Numbered from the stretch's first letter, positions 38,290-50,962 are shown. The stretch: 64,000 nt of DNA from an uncultured Collinsella sp. (GCA_937922225.1 CAKZUZ010000012.1:62079-126078), one strand, 5' to 3'. The notes: a model not told the origin generated them from the letters alone. Program-made: numbers and translations.

Positions 38290-38994
38290 GTGAGCTTTAT
38301 CAATACCATTCGCGAGGACATCAAGACCGTCCAGGCGCAGGACCCCGCTGCGCAAAATGGCCTGGTCATTTTCCTTTCGTACCCCGGTCTTCACGCCAAG
38401 TGGAATCACGTGCCCGAGCACTGGCTCTGGGAGCACGGCCATCGCTCGCTCGCCCGCGTGCTCTCGCAGCTCACCCGTCATATCACCGGCGTCGAGATTC
38501 ATCCCGCCGCGCAGATCGGCAAGCACTTCTTTATCGACCATGCCATGGGCGTCGTCATCGGCGAGACCACCATTGTGGGCGACAACTGCGTGCTCTACCA
38601 GGGCGTCACGCTCGGCGGTACCGGCAACGAGACCGGTAAGCGCCACCCCACCCTGGGCAACAACGTCACTGTGGGCACAGGCGCCAAGGTGCTCGGCAAC
38701 ATCCGCATCGGCAACAACGTCAAGATCGGCGGCAACTCGGTCGTCGTCAAAGACGTACCCGATAACTGTACCGTCGTGGGCGTGCCCGGTCGCATCATCA
38801 AGCGCAACGGCTGCCGCGTGTTCGAAGAAAGCTTCGATGCCAAGCAGCATCGCGAGTACATGCCCGATGACGCCGCCGAGCAGAGCGCCCTCAACCGCCA
38901 GGGCATCACCGAGAATGCCCGCCGCGTCAAGGAACTCGAGCGAGAGGTGGCCGAGCTCAAGGCCCTCGTCGCCAAGCTCGTGGACGAGCACTAG
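38290..38994 (+). CDS. cysE: Serine O-acetyltransferase
   Basis: [39 protein letters not shown] start at 38290. Confidence 0.93.
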   Translation: MSFINTIREDIKTVQAQDPAAQNGLVIFLSYPGLHAKWNHVPEHWLWEHGHRSLARVLSQLTRHITGVEIHPAAQIGKHFFIDHAMGVVIGETTIVGDNCVLYQGVTLGGTGNETGKRHPTLGNNVTVGTGAKVLGNIRIGNNVKIGGNSVVVKDVPDNCTVVGVPGRIIKRNGCRVFEESFDAKQHREYMPDDAAEQSALNRQGITENARRVKELEREVAELKALVAKLVDEH

Positions 38995-39106
38995 GAACGC
39001 GAGCGGCACAAAACAACATCGGCACCGACGCAAAAGGCGCGCCAGGGAATCCGCCCCCGGCGCGCCTTCTTTTCGATGCGACATGCGGGACTGCCCCTTT
39101 GTCACC

Positions 39107-41116
39107 TTATGCGAACTGGCTTAGGTAGAGGTCGGCGTAAGCGCCCTCGGCAGCCAGCAGCTCCTTGTGCGTACCCTGCTCGATGATATTGCCGTGATCC
39201 ATGACCAGGATGAGGTCGGCATCGACGATCGTCGACAGACGGTGCGCGATCACAAAGCTCGTGCGCCCGCGCATGAGCGCGTCCATGGCGTGGCCGATGG
39301 CAAGCTCGGTGCGCGTGTCCACGCTCGACGTCGCCTCGTCCAGGATGAGGATCGCCGGGTTGTTGAGCAGCACGCGCGCGATGGTCAGCAGCTGACGTTG
39401 GCCCTGGCTGATGCTCTCGGCATCGTTAGCCACCCGTGTGTCGTAACCCTGCGGCATAGTGCGCACAAAGAAGTCGACCTGAGCGGCACGTGCGGCCGCG
39501 ACAATCTCCTCGCGCGTCGCCTCGGGACAGCCATAGGCGATGTTCTCGGCAATGGTGCCATCGAACAGCCAGGCGTCCTGCAACACCATGCCAAACTGCT
39601 GGCGCAGCTCGCCGCGGTCCATGCGGCTCGTGTCCACACCGTCGAGGGTAATGCGGCCGCCGTCGATCTCGTAGAAGCGCATGAGCAGATTGATGAGCGT
39701 GGTCTTACCCGCACCCGTGGTTCCCACCACGGCGATCTTCTGACCCGGCTCGGCGGCAAACGACACGTCGCGCATGAGCGGCTTGTCGGGCGCATAGCCA
39801 AAGCGCACGTGCTCAAAAGCGACGCGGCCCTCCACCTTGCCCGGCAGCTTGGCAGCCTCGCCCGGCTGCGGATCGGCCTCCATCTCGGGCTCATCGAGCA
39901 GGTCGAACACGCGCTCTGCGCTCGCCAGCGCGCTCTGCAGCGAGTTAAAGGTAAACGACAACTGCGTCATGGGTTCGGACGCCTCGTAGATAAACTGGAA
40001 GAACGCCTGGAACACGCCGACGGTCATATGCCCGGCAACCAGCATGCTGCAGCCCACCAGCGCAATCACGATCTGCGCCAAACGGCCGATAAAGCGCACC
40101 GCAGGGCCGACGGCGTTAATCATAAAGTCGGCCTTGGTGCTCACGCGCGCCAGCTCCTTCGAAGCCTCGTGTACCTCGGCAGAGCTCTGGCGCTCGCGGT
40201 TAAACGCACGGATCACCAGACGGCCCGAGTAGCCTTCCTCGACCGCGCTCGTAATCTTGGACACCCACTCCTGGCGCTCGCCCGTCACATCGTGCGTGCG
40301 GCGCGACACGACCTTCGTCACCAGCAGCGAAAGCGCCGTAAAGAACAAAAAGACGAGCGTGAGCGGCACGCTAAACACGAACATCACGCTCACGGCGCCC
40401 ACTACGGTACCGATCGACACCAGCAGCTGCAGCAATCCGCGCTGCATACTCTCGGACATCTTGTCCAAGTCGTTGGTCGCGCGGCTGACGACCTCGCCGG
40501 GACGATGCGCGTCAAAGTAGGCAAGCGGCAGGCGGTTGAGCTTTTGTGCGATGCGGTTGCGTAGGCGCAGGTTGAGGCGCTCGGCAACGCTCGACATCAA
40601 AAAGCTCTGGAGTGCGTAGAACGAGGCGGCGGCGGTCCAGATCATAAAGTAGATGAAGATGGTCCTGCCGCAGTTCTCCCAGGTAATACCGAAGGTAGTG
40701 TTGTTGGCAAACGCCACCTTCATGTGCCCCCACAGCTCATCGATCACGCGGGCACTATATGCCGGCGCAGCGGTGTTAAAGATGGCATAGAACACAATGC
40801 TCGCGAACACGATATAGAAGCGCCAATGGTCGCCGGCGGCCTCGCTCCACAGGCGGCGCACCGTCGCCCAGGTGTCGCGGGGCGTCTCGTCCTCGTCCTC
40901 GTCATCAACGTCGCGCATGCGCTCCGCCTCGGCGCGGGCGCGCTCGTCCTCGGCGCGCTCGTTTTCCTCGTAGAGTGCCTGGCGGCGAGCCTCGCGCTCC
41001 GCCGCCTTGGCGGCTTCGTCCAGGCCGGGCGTGGCGCCCGCCTCCTCGACTGTCTCTGCAACCGCGGCGTCATCGGCGATGCCCTGCTTCTTGAGCTCCT
41101 CGGTCATGCTACTCAC
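39107..41116 (-). CDS. ABC exporter, TMD+NBD
   Basis: GTTGAGKT, ISQGQRQ, ILDEATSSVD. Confidence 0.95.
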   Translation of the reverse strand: MSSMTEELKKQGIADDAAVAETVEEAGATPGLDEAAKAAEREARRQALYEENERAEDERARAEAERMRDVDDEDEDETPRDTWATVRRLWSEAAGDHWRFYIVFASIVFYAIFNTAAPAYSARVIDELWGHMKVAFANNTTFGITWENCGRTIFIYFMIWTAAASFYALQSFLMSSVAERLNLRLRNRIAQKLNRLPLAYFDAHRPGEVVSRATNDLDKMSESMQRGLLQLLVSIGTVVGAVSVMFVFSVPLTLVFLFFTALSLLVTKVVSRRTHDVTGERQEWVSKITSAVEEGYSGRLVIRAFNRERQSSAEVHEASKELARVSTKADFMINAVGPAVRFIGRLAQIVIALVGCSMLVAGHMTVGVFQAFFQFIYEASEPMTQLSFTFNSLQSALASAERVFDLLDEPEMEADPQPGEAAKLPGKVEGRVAFEHVRFGYAPDKPLMRDVSFAAEPGQKIAVVGTTGAGKTTLINLLMRFYEIDGGRITLDGVDTSRMDRGELRQQFGMVLQDAWLFDGTIAENIAYGCPEATREEIVAAARAAQVDFFVRTMPQGYDTRVANDAESISQGQRQLLTIARVLLNNPAILILDEATSSVDTRTELAIGHAMDALMRGRTSFVIAHRLSTIVDADLILVMDHGNIIEQGTHKELLAAEGAYADLYLSQFA

Positions 41117-42845
41117 CTCCCTTCATCTGCGATTCCGCGATAGCGCGGTACACCTCGCAGGTTTCCATGAGCTCGTCGTGCGTGCCCAGGCCCACGATCT
41201 CGCCGTCCTTGAGCACCACGATCTGATCGGCATGCAAAATAGTCGAGATGCGCTGGGCGATGATGAGCACCGCGGCATCGCACGTCTCGTCCTGCAGCGC
41301 ATGGCGCAGTGCCGCATCGGTCTTAAAGTCCAGGGCCGAAAAGCTATCGTCGAAGATATACAGATCAGCGTGCTTCATGAGCGCACGGGCGATGGCCAGG
41401 CGCTGGCGCTGGCCGCCCGAAAAGTTCGTACCGCCCTGCGCCACCGGCGTATCGAGCCCCTGGGGCTGGTCGAGCACAAAGGTGCTCTGGGCAACCTGGA
41501 GCGCATGGAGCATGTCAGCCTCGGTCGCACCCTCGTTACCAAAGCGCAGATTGCTTGCCACGGTACCCGAGAACAGCCATGCCTTCTGCGGCACATAGGC
41601 GATACGCCCGCGGATGTCGTCTTGCGAAAGGTCGCGCAGATCGACGCCGTTCAGGCGAATGGCGCCCTTCGTGGCATCGTGGAAGCGAAGCAAGAGTTTG
41701 GCCACCGTTGACTTGCCCGAGCCCGTTGAGCCCACGATCGCGGTCGTCTGTCCGCGGCGGCAGGCAAAACTCAGGTTGCACAGGGTGTCCTCGTCGGCAT
41801 CGTCAAAACGGAACGACATGTGGTCGAACACGGCCACCACGTCGGCGCCGTCTGCGGACTCAGGCGCCCCGTCGCCCAGCGTAGCCTTGCCGTCCACAAT
41901 GCTCGGCTCGATTTCGAGCACCTGCTGCGCGCGGTTGAGACACGCCGCGGCGCGCGGGAGCGTCAGCACCACCATCTGCGCCATCATCACAAAGAACAGG
42001 ATCAGGATCGCGTACTCCAGCACGGCCGAGATGCTGCCGATTTGCATGGCATGGACGCCCACGCGGTTGCCGCCCACCCACAGCACCGCCACCTCGGCGA
42101 TGTTCATCAAAAAGAAGCTGGAGCTGTCGAGCCCCACAAACAGGTGGTTGACCTTGATGGCATTGGCCGCGTAATCGCTAAACACCTCGTCCAGGCGCTG
42201 CTCCTCGTGGCGCTCCTTGTTAAATGCGCGGATGACGCGCACGCCCACGATGTTCTCGCGCAGCACCACGTTCATGCGGTCGATAAAGCTCTGAAGGCGC
42301 ATAAAAATCGGCGCGGCGTTAGCCACCGTAAAGACCGCCGCCACCAGCACGATCGCAACGACCACGCCCAGCAGCGTGCCCATGGCAGGATCGATAAACC
42401 AGGCAAAGATGATGCCCGCGACGGCCAAGAACGGCACCGGCAGCACCAACTGAATCGTCTGCAGGATCGCTTGCTGGATCACGTTGATGTCGTTGAGCGA
42501 GCGCGTGATCATCGAACCCGTGCCAAAGCGCTCAAAGTCGCTGGCGGACAGCTCGAGCGACTTATCGTAGACGGCGTTGCGGATGTCGCAGGCCACATTG
42601 GCCGCCAGACGGGCCGAAAGATAACAGCCCAGCACCGCACCACCGCTGGCCATGCCGGTCGCGATGAGCATGTACAGACCGTTGCGCAAGATGTAATCGA
42701 CGTCGCCCGTCGTGATGCCCGTGTTGACCATGTTCGCCAACATCGTGGGCACGAGCAGCGTACCGACGTTGTCGATTAGCAGCACCAGCAGCGTCACCGC
42801 GATCAGACCGCGGTACGGCCTCATAAACCTCATTAAGAGTCGCAT
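41109..42845 (-). CDS. ABC exporter, TMD+NBD (degenerate subunit)
   Basis: GSTGSGKS, FSGGQRQR, IFDDSFSALD. Confidence 0.95.
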   Translation of the reverse strand: MRLLMRFMRPYRGLIAVTLLVLLIDNVGTLLVPTMLANMVNTGITTGDVDYILRNGLYMLIATGMASGGAVLGCYLSARLAANVACDIRNAVYDKSLELSASDFERFGTGSMITRSLNDINVIQQAILQTIQLVLPVPFLAVAGIIFAWFIDPAMGTLLGVVVAIVLVAAVFTVANAAPIFMRLQSFIDRMNVVLRENIVGVRVIRAFNKERHEEQRLDEVFSDYAANAIKVNHLFVGLDSSSFFLMNIAEVAVLWVGGNRVGVHAMQIGSISAVLEYAILILFFVMMAQMVVLTLPRAAACLNRAQQVLEIEPSIVDGKATLGDGAPESADGADVVAVFDHMSFRFDDADEDTLCNLSFACRRGQTTAIVGSTGSGKSTVAKLLLRFHDATKGAIRLNGVDLRDLSQDDIRGRIAYVPQKAWLFSGTVASNLRFGNEGATEADMLHALQVAQSTFVLDQPQGLDTPVAQGGTNFSGGQRQRLAIARALMKHADLYIFDDSFSALDFKTDAALRHALQDETCDAAVLIIAQRISTILHADQIVVLKDGEIVGLGTHDELMETCEVYRAIAESQMKGGE

Positions 42846-43333
42846 GTCTCCCCCTCGCCCTTATCGGCAGCCTCGTTCTCGGCGGCAACTTGCCGTTTAA
42901 ATGCCTCGCACTCTTCGTTAAGAACATGGGAGAACTTACCGACCAAGCGCATGATCTCGCGCTGTTCCCACGGCTCGAGCGCCTCGAATGCCTGCTGCTC
43001 GGCCTTTTGCGCCGGCAACGCGTAGCGCTTGGCAAACTGCATACCTTCTGCGGTCAGTCGCACAACCTTGTTCTTACGACTGCCCTCGGCAAACTCCAAC
43101 GTCGCGAGCCCTCGCGCCCTAAGCGTCTTGATCGCCGAATTGATGGTCTGTTTGCTGTAGAACCATTCACTCGTCAGCCGACTCACGGCGATGCTGCCGT
43201 CCGCCGTGCTGGTGTCGACGAGCATCCAATAGGCGCAATCCGAAAGACCGCAGGTGCGCGAGAACTCCGAATAGATATGGTCGAGTCCATTGAGCATCAG
43301 GTCGAAATCGACCAGCGTAACCGCACTATTCAT
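42833..43333 (-). CDS. MarR family regulator
   Basis: SKQTINSAIKTL..RKNKVVRLTAEG winged HTH. Overlaps the ABC gene start. Confidence 0.88.
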   Translation of the reverse strand: MNSAVTLVDFDLMLNGLDHIYSEFSRTCGLSDCAYWMLVDTSTADGSIAVSRLTSEWFYSKQTINSAIKTLRARGLATLEFAEGSRKNKVVRLTAEGMQFAKRYALPAQKAEQQAFEALEPWEQREIMRLVGKFSHVLNEECEAFKRQVAAENEAADKGEGETCDS

Positions 43334-43349
43334 CTATCCCACCATTCGA

Positions 43350-43401
43350 TTGTCCGAGTTTTGACCAATTTACATCTCTACATTAGTCCAAGTTTTGACT
43401 A
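43350..43401. promoter_or_regulatory. Two putative MarR operators (GTCCRAGTTTTGAC)
   Basis: Direct repeats at 43352-43365 and 43386-43399, each quasi-palindromic (GTC-N8-GAC), just upstream of marR. Confidence 0.55.
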
Positions 43402-43512
43402 TCGTCAATAAGCTCGTTATATATGGTCAGGTCAACATAGGCATCTCGACAAAAAAGACCGCCGGCGCGGGGGCGGCGCCGGCGGTTGCGAGAGAATATC
43501 GATTGTTGGCTG

Positions 43513-43803
43513 TTACGCAGCGACGGCCTCGTAGACCGTGGCGCCCGAGAAGCTGTCGTGCAGGCTCTTGCCACAGATCCACGGCAGTTCGACGACCTCG
43601 CACACCGTGTTGACCAGCTCGGAGCAGTCAGTAAAGTGGCCCTTATCGTTGAGGGCCTCGCAATCCTGAACACGCCAATAGCCATCGGTGTGCGTGATGT
43701 AGTACTCGTGATCGTTGATCGACACGAAAGCGCGCGTCTTGGAACGCAGCAGCTTCAGAAATCCTTCGAAGTCGGTCTCGACGACATCTCCAGCCTGGAA
43801 CAT
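43513..43803 (-). CDS. Small hypothetical protein
   Basis: SD AGGAGG before ATG 43803, GC3-biased codons, hairpin downstream. Confidence 0.7.
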   Translation of the reverse strand: MFQAGDVVETDFEGFLKLLRSKTRAFVSINDHEYYITHTDGYWRVQDCEALNDKGHFTDCSELVNTVCEVVELPWICGKSLHDSFSGATVYEAVAA

Positions 43804-44097
43804 GATGTTACCTCCTGGCCCGGCGCCACCACGGCGCATTGATAAACGTTGGTACTCCTTTAGTAAAACCTTTATCAGAGGTTATGCGTTCGTCATTTAG
43901 GCAAGTGGTAAAAAACCGCAGGGTAGACGGGATAAAACGTTTAACCGTCCCATTTGTTTGTCACATTCTGAAGGTACTTTTATGCAAACCTACTTTTCCA
44001 ATTGGAATCTATCCTTTTGGCCGGGCAATTGACCGTCTACCGTTTGAGCCCGACGGGTATGAACGGGGCATCTGCAACGCCACCGCAAGGAGACACC

Positions 44098-44619
44098 ATG
44101 GAGACTATCGAAGCACTCATCCATCGCCGCAGCTGCCGCAAATACAGCGATCGTCCCGTCGAGGTCGAAAAGCTTGCACGTATTATCGAAGCCGGCCAAT
44201 ATGCACCGAGCGGCATGGGCCGCCAGCCGGTGACGTTTGTCGCCGTCACCGACCCCGCGACCGTCGAGCGTCTCTCACAGCTCAACGCCCAGGTCATGGG
44301 CAGCAACAGTGACCCCTTCTATGGCGCCAAGACCGTTGTGGTGGTGCTGGTCGACCGCAGCGTGCCCACGCATCTGGAAGACGGCTCGCTCGCCATGGGC
44401 AACTTGCTCAACGCCGCCTATGCACTGGGTGTCGATTCGTGCTGGATTCACCGCGCGCACGAGGTCTTTGACTCGCCCGAGGGCCTGGAGCTGCTGGCCA
44501 GCTGGGACCTGCCCGCCGACGGCAGCCTGCGCGGTGTCGGTCACTGCATTCTGGGCTATGCCGAAGACACGCTACCCGAGCCCAAACCCCGCCGCGACAA
44601 CGTGGTGTATGTAAAGTAA
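44098..44619 (+). CDS. Nitroreductase family protein
   Basis: RRSCRKY, YAPSGMGRQP, NLLNAAYALGVDSCWI. Confidence 0.9.
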   Translation: METIEALIHRRSCRKYSDRPVEVEKLARIIEAGQYAPSGMGRQPVTFVAVTDPATVERLSQLNAQVMGSNSDPFYGAKTVVVVLVDRSVPTHLEDGSLAMGNLLNAAYALGVDSCWIHRAHEVFDSPEGLELLASWDLPADGSLRGVGHCILGYAEDTLPEPKPRRDNVVYVK

Positions 44620-44660
44620 TTAGTCCCGCCGTTCTAACGAACGGCGGACCCGCTCGCAAC

Positions 44661-45236
44661 TTATCTTGCCGGTGGAGTTGTCGTCGTTTCGTTCGTGTGG
44701 GTCGTTTCGGCGCCGTCGCCCTGTTCGCCGTCGTCCTTTTGAGCGTCGGCGATGGTGGAGGCTGCCGCAACGATACCGCGCTGGGGCGCGACGCCCGTCT
44801 GGGTCTGAGCGCCCTCGACAATTTCTGTGCCTGCATGCGCGAGCTCGGGCGATTTAAACACTGCGTCCAAGTTGGCGCCGCCGCCGGCGTAGCCAAGCGC
44901 AGCGAGTGCGATGATGATCACCGCAATGACGACCGCGATCGGAACATAACGATGCCAACCAGCCGGATTGAGTCCGCTGCGACGAGCCGCCCCGCGGCTG
45001 ATGTAACCGAGCGTGCCGTCGTGCTTGAGCTTTGAGCCCACCACGCACTTGCGGCCCCACAACGAGGACTCTGCCTGCATGGCCAAGCGGGCGCTTGCCG
45101 AAGGATAACCGTATTTAGTGCGCTTGAACGAACCATCGAACCCCGAGGCGTGTTTGCCCCACGTCACCGATGTCGTGCGTCGGTTGACCGGTGCGGCGCT
45201 CCGCCTTCTGCGGCTCGGTTTTGTAGTCTCAGCCAT
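44661..45236 (-). CDS. Hypothetical single-pass membrane protein with basic N-terminus
   Basis: ORF with one TM segment (PIAVVIAVIIIALAAL). Confidence 0.55.
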   Translation of the reverse strand: MAETTKPSRRRRSAAPVNRRTTSVTWGKHASGFDGSFKRTKYGYPSASARLAMQAESSLWGRKCVVGSKLKHDGTLGYISRGAARRSGLNPAGWHRYVPIAVVIAVIIIALAALGYAGGGANLDAVFKSPELAHAGTEIVEGAQTQTGVAPQRGIVAAASTIADAQKDDGEQGDGAETTHTNETTTTPPAR

Positions 45237-45320
45237 ACGCCCCCGCACGCCGTAACCAAATCGAAACAATAACGCTTTGGACTGTAGCACACGCGTCGCG
45301 CGCGGTCACGGGCGCCTCGC

Positions 45321-46739
45321 TCAACGGTCATCGTCCTTCAGCAAGCGCCACAGCGTTGTTCGGCTTATGCCCAGCACCTCCGCCGCACGGGTTCGGTTGC
45401 CGTGGAGATGATCTACAACCAGATGCGCGATATCTCGCTCGATATCGGCCAGCGGTCGCAGGATATACAGGTCGCTTTCGAGTGTCGGGGCGCCAAAGGT
45501 TGCGGTCTTAATCACGTCCTCTTGGGCTAGCACCTCCTCCGCCACAGCGCGGTCCACCGTGCCCGCCCCCACCAATATATACAGTCGTTCCGAGACCTCG
45601 CGGAGCTGCAGATAGTTGCGCGGCCAGCGGTAAGCATCGAGCGTCTTCGTCGCCGCGGCGGACAGCGTGGGCGCTGCCGTCCCAAATGCATCAGCGAGAT
45701 ATTCCAAATAGCGCGCAACCTTTGTCGACGCGGCTCCCTGCTCGGCAATCGCCGGCGCCACGCTCACCGCACAGGCGAAGCGCTCGGTCACAAAGGCGGC
45801 TTGATCGCTTTCGCTGCCGCCCGGCATGTCATTCGCCGTCAGCACCACATGGCAGCGCGTCGCCAACGCGGTGTCGGCCATCGTGGAAACGAGCTCGCGG
45901 AGGCGCTGGGGACCAACCGCATTCCAGCCCTCAATGCACAGGGTCAACCCTGTTTGAAACAGCGGCGATTCGGAGCTTTTGAGCACGTGGCGCCAACCGC
46001 GATCGGTGAGCTCATCGAGCGCGACGGAAACAAAGGGCTGATCGGCAAAAGGACCGTCCAGATAGAGGCGCTTGGCTATCTCGACCTGACCCGCCCCCAG
46101 CTCGCCCTCGAGCATAAGGGGCACGCCGCGCGCGTAGCTCTCGGCGACCGGCGCAGCCACCGAGGCCGCCCCCTCAACGATGCCGTACGCGCTCGATTCG
46201 TAGCGGGCCTCAACTTCGTCGGCGTTGAGCCACTCGATGCCCGCATGCGCCGCGGCACCGCGCACCTCGCGGACCACAACGACCCAAAGCCTCCCGCCCT
46301 CTTTGTCGGTGGGGCGAACGGTCAGGCTCAGGCGCGCACCCGCACGTCCCATAACCAGACGCGCGCCGTCTCCTATACGGTCGAGGCGCTCAGCGACAAA
46401 AGCCGCCACATCCCGCTCAAGCGCCGCGTCATTCATGGTCGAAATCGCGACGTCCCCACGCGCATCGATTGCCAATGCCGAGGCCCCGGCAGCAGCCAGG
46501 GCCTCGGTCAAGATGTTCAGCTTGGCATCGCTATCCATGATTTGCCCCTGTCCGTAGCGACGTGCAGCCGCCGACGGTCGCACGACCGAGTGTTTCAAAA
46601 TTGAACGATATTGCTCACCAAACACTATAGGGCAGAGAGCGCCGTCCTGCGAGTATAGGTGTTGCCCCGCATCGCCATCCTGGCGGGGCGATAAGAGCTC
46701 TTCGGGACTTATAAACCTGCGGACAAGCCATACCCGCAA
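45321..46739 (-). CDS. Degenerate PrpR/bEBP-like regulator with Fis-type HTH (start uncertain, possibly ATG 46538)
   Basis: GELGAGQ (degenerate Walker A), YRWPRNYLQL, GNRTRAAEVLGISRTTLWRLL. No GAFTGA. Confidence 0.7.
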   Translation of the reverse strand: MRVWLVRRFISPEELLSPRQDGDAGQHLYSQDGALCPIVFGEQYRSILKHSVVRPSAAARRYGQGQIMDSDAKLNILTEALAAAGASALAIDARGDVAISTMNDAALERDVAAFVAERLDRIGDGARLVMGRAGARLSLTVRPTDKEGGRLWVVVVREVRGAAAHAGIEWLNADEVEARYESSAYGIVEGAASVAAPVAESYARGVPLMLEGELGAGQVEIAKRLYLDGPFADQPFVSVALDELTDRGWRHVLKSSESPLFQTGLTLCIEGWNAVGPQRLRELVSTMADTALATRCHVVLTANDMPGGSESDQAAFVTERFACAVSVAPAIAEQGAASTKVARYLEYLADAFGTAAPTLSAAATKTLDAYRWPRNYLQLREVSERLYILVGAGTVDRAVAEEVLAQEDVIKTATFGAPTLESDLYILRPLADIERDIAHLVVDHLHGNRTRAAEVLGISRTTLWRLLKDDDR

Positions 46740-46804
46740 GAGCTCCTATCGCTCCACCGCAAGCTTGCGCGCGCCAGCATGCAGCACACAGACCGGCTGC
46801 TCCT

Positions 46805-47839
46805 CTACCAGATCCCCAGCACGTGCTGCATTCCCAAACTCATGCATGCAATGCCAATCCAGCAGCAAAAGCCCAGCGCGATGGGCTTGCCGCCCTTTTT
46901 GACCAGCTCGACGATATCGGTATTAAAGCCAATAGCCGCCATGGCCATCACGATAAAGAACTTCGACAGCTCCTTGATGGGCGCCGTGATGGACACGGGA
47001 AGCTGAAGCACCGTGGTGATTACGCTCGCCAGCACAAAGAACAGCACAAACATGGGAAACGCGCGTTTAAGCGAGAACGTGCTTTTGGCGTCGCCGCCGG
47101 CCTTGCGCGCCAGATGCATCTGCCAGCATGCGAGGACCAACGTGATGGGAATGATAGCCAGTGTCCTGGTGAGCTTGACCACCGTGGCGCTCTCGAGCAC
47201 ATTGGCGCCGGGATGCATGCTGTCCCAAGCGCTCGCCGCAGCCGTTACGGACGAGGTGTCGTTGATGGCGGTACCGGCAAACAGGCCAAAGCCCTCGTTG
47301 GTCAGCCCGAGCATACCGCCGAGCGTTGGAAACACGAGCGCCGCGATAACGTTAAACAGGAAGATGACCGAAATAGCCTGGGCAATCTCGCGATCGTCGG
47401 CATCGATGACGGGCGCGGTAGCGGCGATGGCAGAACCGCCGCAAATCGACGAACCCACACCCACAAGCGTCGCGATCTTACCCGGCACGTTCATAACGCG
47501 GCAGAGCACAAAGGCGATGACAAGCGAGGTCGAGATCGTCGCCACGATAATCGGCAACGACTGGGCGCCCTTGGACAGAATCTGGGAGAGGTTCATGCCA
47601 AAGCCAAGCAGGATAACCGCGTACTGCAAGACTTTTTTAGACGTATAGGTGACACCGGCGGCGAGCTGTTCGCGATGATTCTTGGGAAAGACGAGCGCCA
47701 GAACCATGCCGAAGAGGATGGCGAATACCGGCCCGCCGACCACCTCAATCTGTTTGCCGAGCAGCGTTGCGGGGATAGCGATGATCAGGCAGAACAAGAC
47801 GCCCTTCCAGCGCTCGCGTACGATATTCGCCAGTTGCAT
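46805..47839 (-). CDS. YeiH / putative sulfate exporter family membrane protein
   Basis: GVGSSICGGSAIAA, GTAINDTSSV, VKLTRT. Confidence 0.9.
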   Translation of the reverse strand: MQLANIVRERWKGVLFCLIIAIPATLLGKQIEVVGGPVFAILFGMVLALVFPKNHREQLAAGVTYTSKKVLQYAVILLGFGMNLSQILSKGAQSLPIIVATISTSLVIAFVLCRVMNVPGKIATLVGVGSSICGGSAIAATAPVIDADDREIAQAISVIFLFNVIAALVFPTLGGMLGLTNEGFGLFAGTAINDTSSVTAAASAWDSMHPGANVLESATVVKLTRTLAIIPITLVLACWQMHLARKAGGDAKSTFSLKRAFPMFVLFFVLASVITTVLQLPVSITAPIKELSKFFIVMAMAAIGFNTDIVELVKKGGKPIALGFCCWIGIACMSLGMQHVLGIW

Positions 47840-48002
47840 ATGGGATTCCTTCTTTCTCTTTCACGTTTGCGACGGCTTATGATACGGCAACATTGGGCAT
47901 AGCCTTGCGCAAATACAGACTAAGATGCCGCAATAGTTCTTGGGCAACAGCCGAATTACCCTCCGCGGAGAGCTGATTCGCGGCATAATTAACAACTGAC
48001 AT

Positions 48003-48734
48003 ATGAGTTTGATAGAGCAGTTGCGAGGCGCTATGGAAGAATCGATGCACGTCGGCGAGCAGGAAACGAGCCTACAGGACCAGTCCTACCACACCATTCG
48101 ACGCAAAATCGTCTACCTGGACTACAAGCCGGGCGAAAAGCTGGGCGTCAAGCAACTTTGCGACGACCTGGATATGGGGCGCACGCCCGTGCGCGAGGCT
48201 TTGGTTCGCTTGGCGCAGGAAGGCCTGGTGCGCACCGTGCCCCAGAGCGGCACCTACGTCTCACCCATCAACCTCACCCTTGCCGAGAGTGCCTGCTACA
48301 TCCGCGAACATCTGGAAAAGCAGGTGATTGTGGAGTGCTGTGCGCGAGCCACGTCGGCCGGCATCGAGCAGCTCGACCGCGCCATCGTGCTGCAGGAAAA
48401 AGCCATGGCCGAAGAGGATCGCATCGGCTTCTTTTTGAGCGACAACCTCATGCATCACATGATTTTTAGCATCGCATGTCGCAGCACCGTTTGGTCGTGG
48501 CTCGAAGAGACCAATGCCGACCTGGAGCGCTTCCGCTGGCTGCGCGCCGCCACGCAGGTTCTCGACAATCGGGACATCGTGAACGAGCACAAGCAGATTC
48601 GCCGCGCTATCGCCGGTCGCGACCCCATCGAAGCGAGCTTTTTGGTCAGCAAGCACCTACACATGATGTTCCGCAACCAAACCGAGGTTCTGGACCAGTT
48701 CCCCGAGTACTTCGAGACCAGCAAGCTCCGCTAA
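48003..48734 (+). CDS. GntR family regulator (FCD)
   Basis: MGRTPVREALVRLAQEGLV..PQSGTYV. Confidence 0.92.
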   Translation: MSLIEQLRGAMEESMHVGEQETSLQDQSYHTIRRKIVYLDYKPGEKLGVKQLCDDLDMGRTPVREALVRLAQEGLVRTVPQSGTYVSPINLTLAESACYIREHLEKQVIVECCARATSAGIEQLDRAIVLQEKAMAEEDRIGFFLSDNLMHHMIFSIACRSTVWSWLEETNADLERFRWLRAATQVLDNRDIVNEHKQIRRAIAGRDPIEASFLVSKHLHMMFRNQTEVLDQFPEYFETSKLR

Positions 48735-48778
48735 CCTGCCAAAAAGGGACAGGTTTATTTTGGCAGGTTTTATCTGGG
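48733..48778 (+). repeat. REP-like element family D (GGGACAGGTTTATTTTGGCAGGTTTTATCTGGG), copy 1
   Basis: Near-identical copies at 50909-50962 (-) and 54075-54113 (+). Confidence 0.8.
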
Positions 48779-48789
48779 CAAATGCAGAA

Positions 48790-48825
48790 AAGGCCCGGCT
48801 CCGTCTTGATGCGGAGCCGGGCCTT
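48790..48825 (-). terminator. Terminator between convergent gntR and glmS
   Basis: aaggcccggctccg..cggagccgggcctt. Confidence 0.7.
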
Positions 48826-48848
48826 AGTCGCTAGAACGGCGGAACCAA

Positions 48849-50696
<1,848 letters not shown>

Positions 50697-50857
50697 AGGA
50701 CAAATCCCTTCGTTCGCGTGACTGCAAGACGTCCACGCACAAGGGGCGCTGAGACGTACAACGTTCGAGTATTGTACTCACGCAAACGCAAGCTGATATA
50801 CCAGAAGTGGTATCTCAACTTAGATACCACCCGATGCACACACGTCCAGCCGGTCCA

Positions 50858-50962
50858 AACCACCACAATGGGAACAGGCACCTTTGTGGTGGCTTGGTCT
50901 GGCAGCATCGTTTCCCCAGATAAAACCTGCCAAAATAAACCTGTCCCTAATTGGCAGGTTTT
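50858..50962. repeat. Adjacent REP-like elements (GGAACAG palindrome 50858-50894; family D copy 2, 50909-50962)
   Basis: Match 1873-1909 and 48733-48778 respectively. Confidence 0.75.

Noticed and set aside
50697..50860. glmS ribozyme upstream of glmS
   Set aside because: AGCGCC occurs on the minus strand but only about 50 nt from the start codon, and the conserved downstream core could not be identified.
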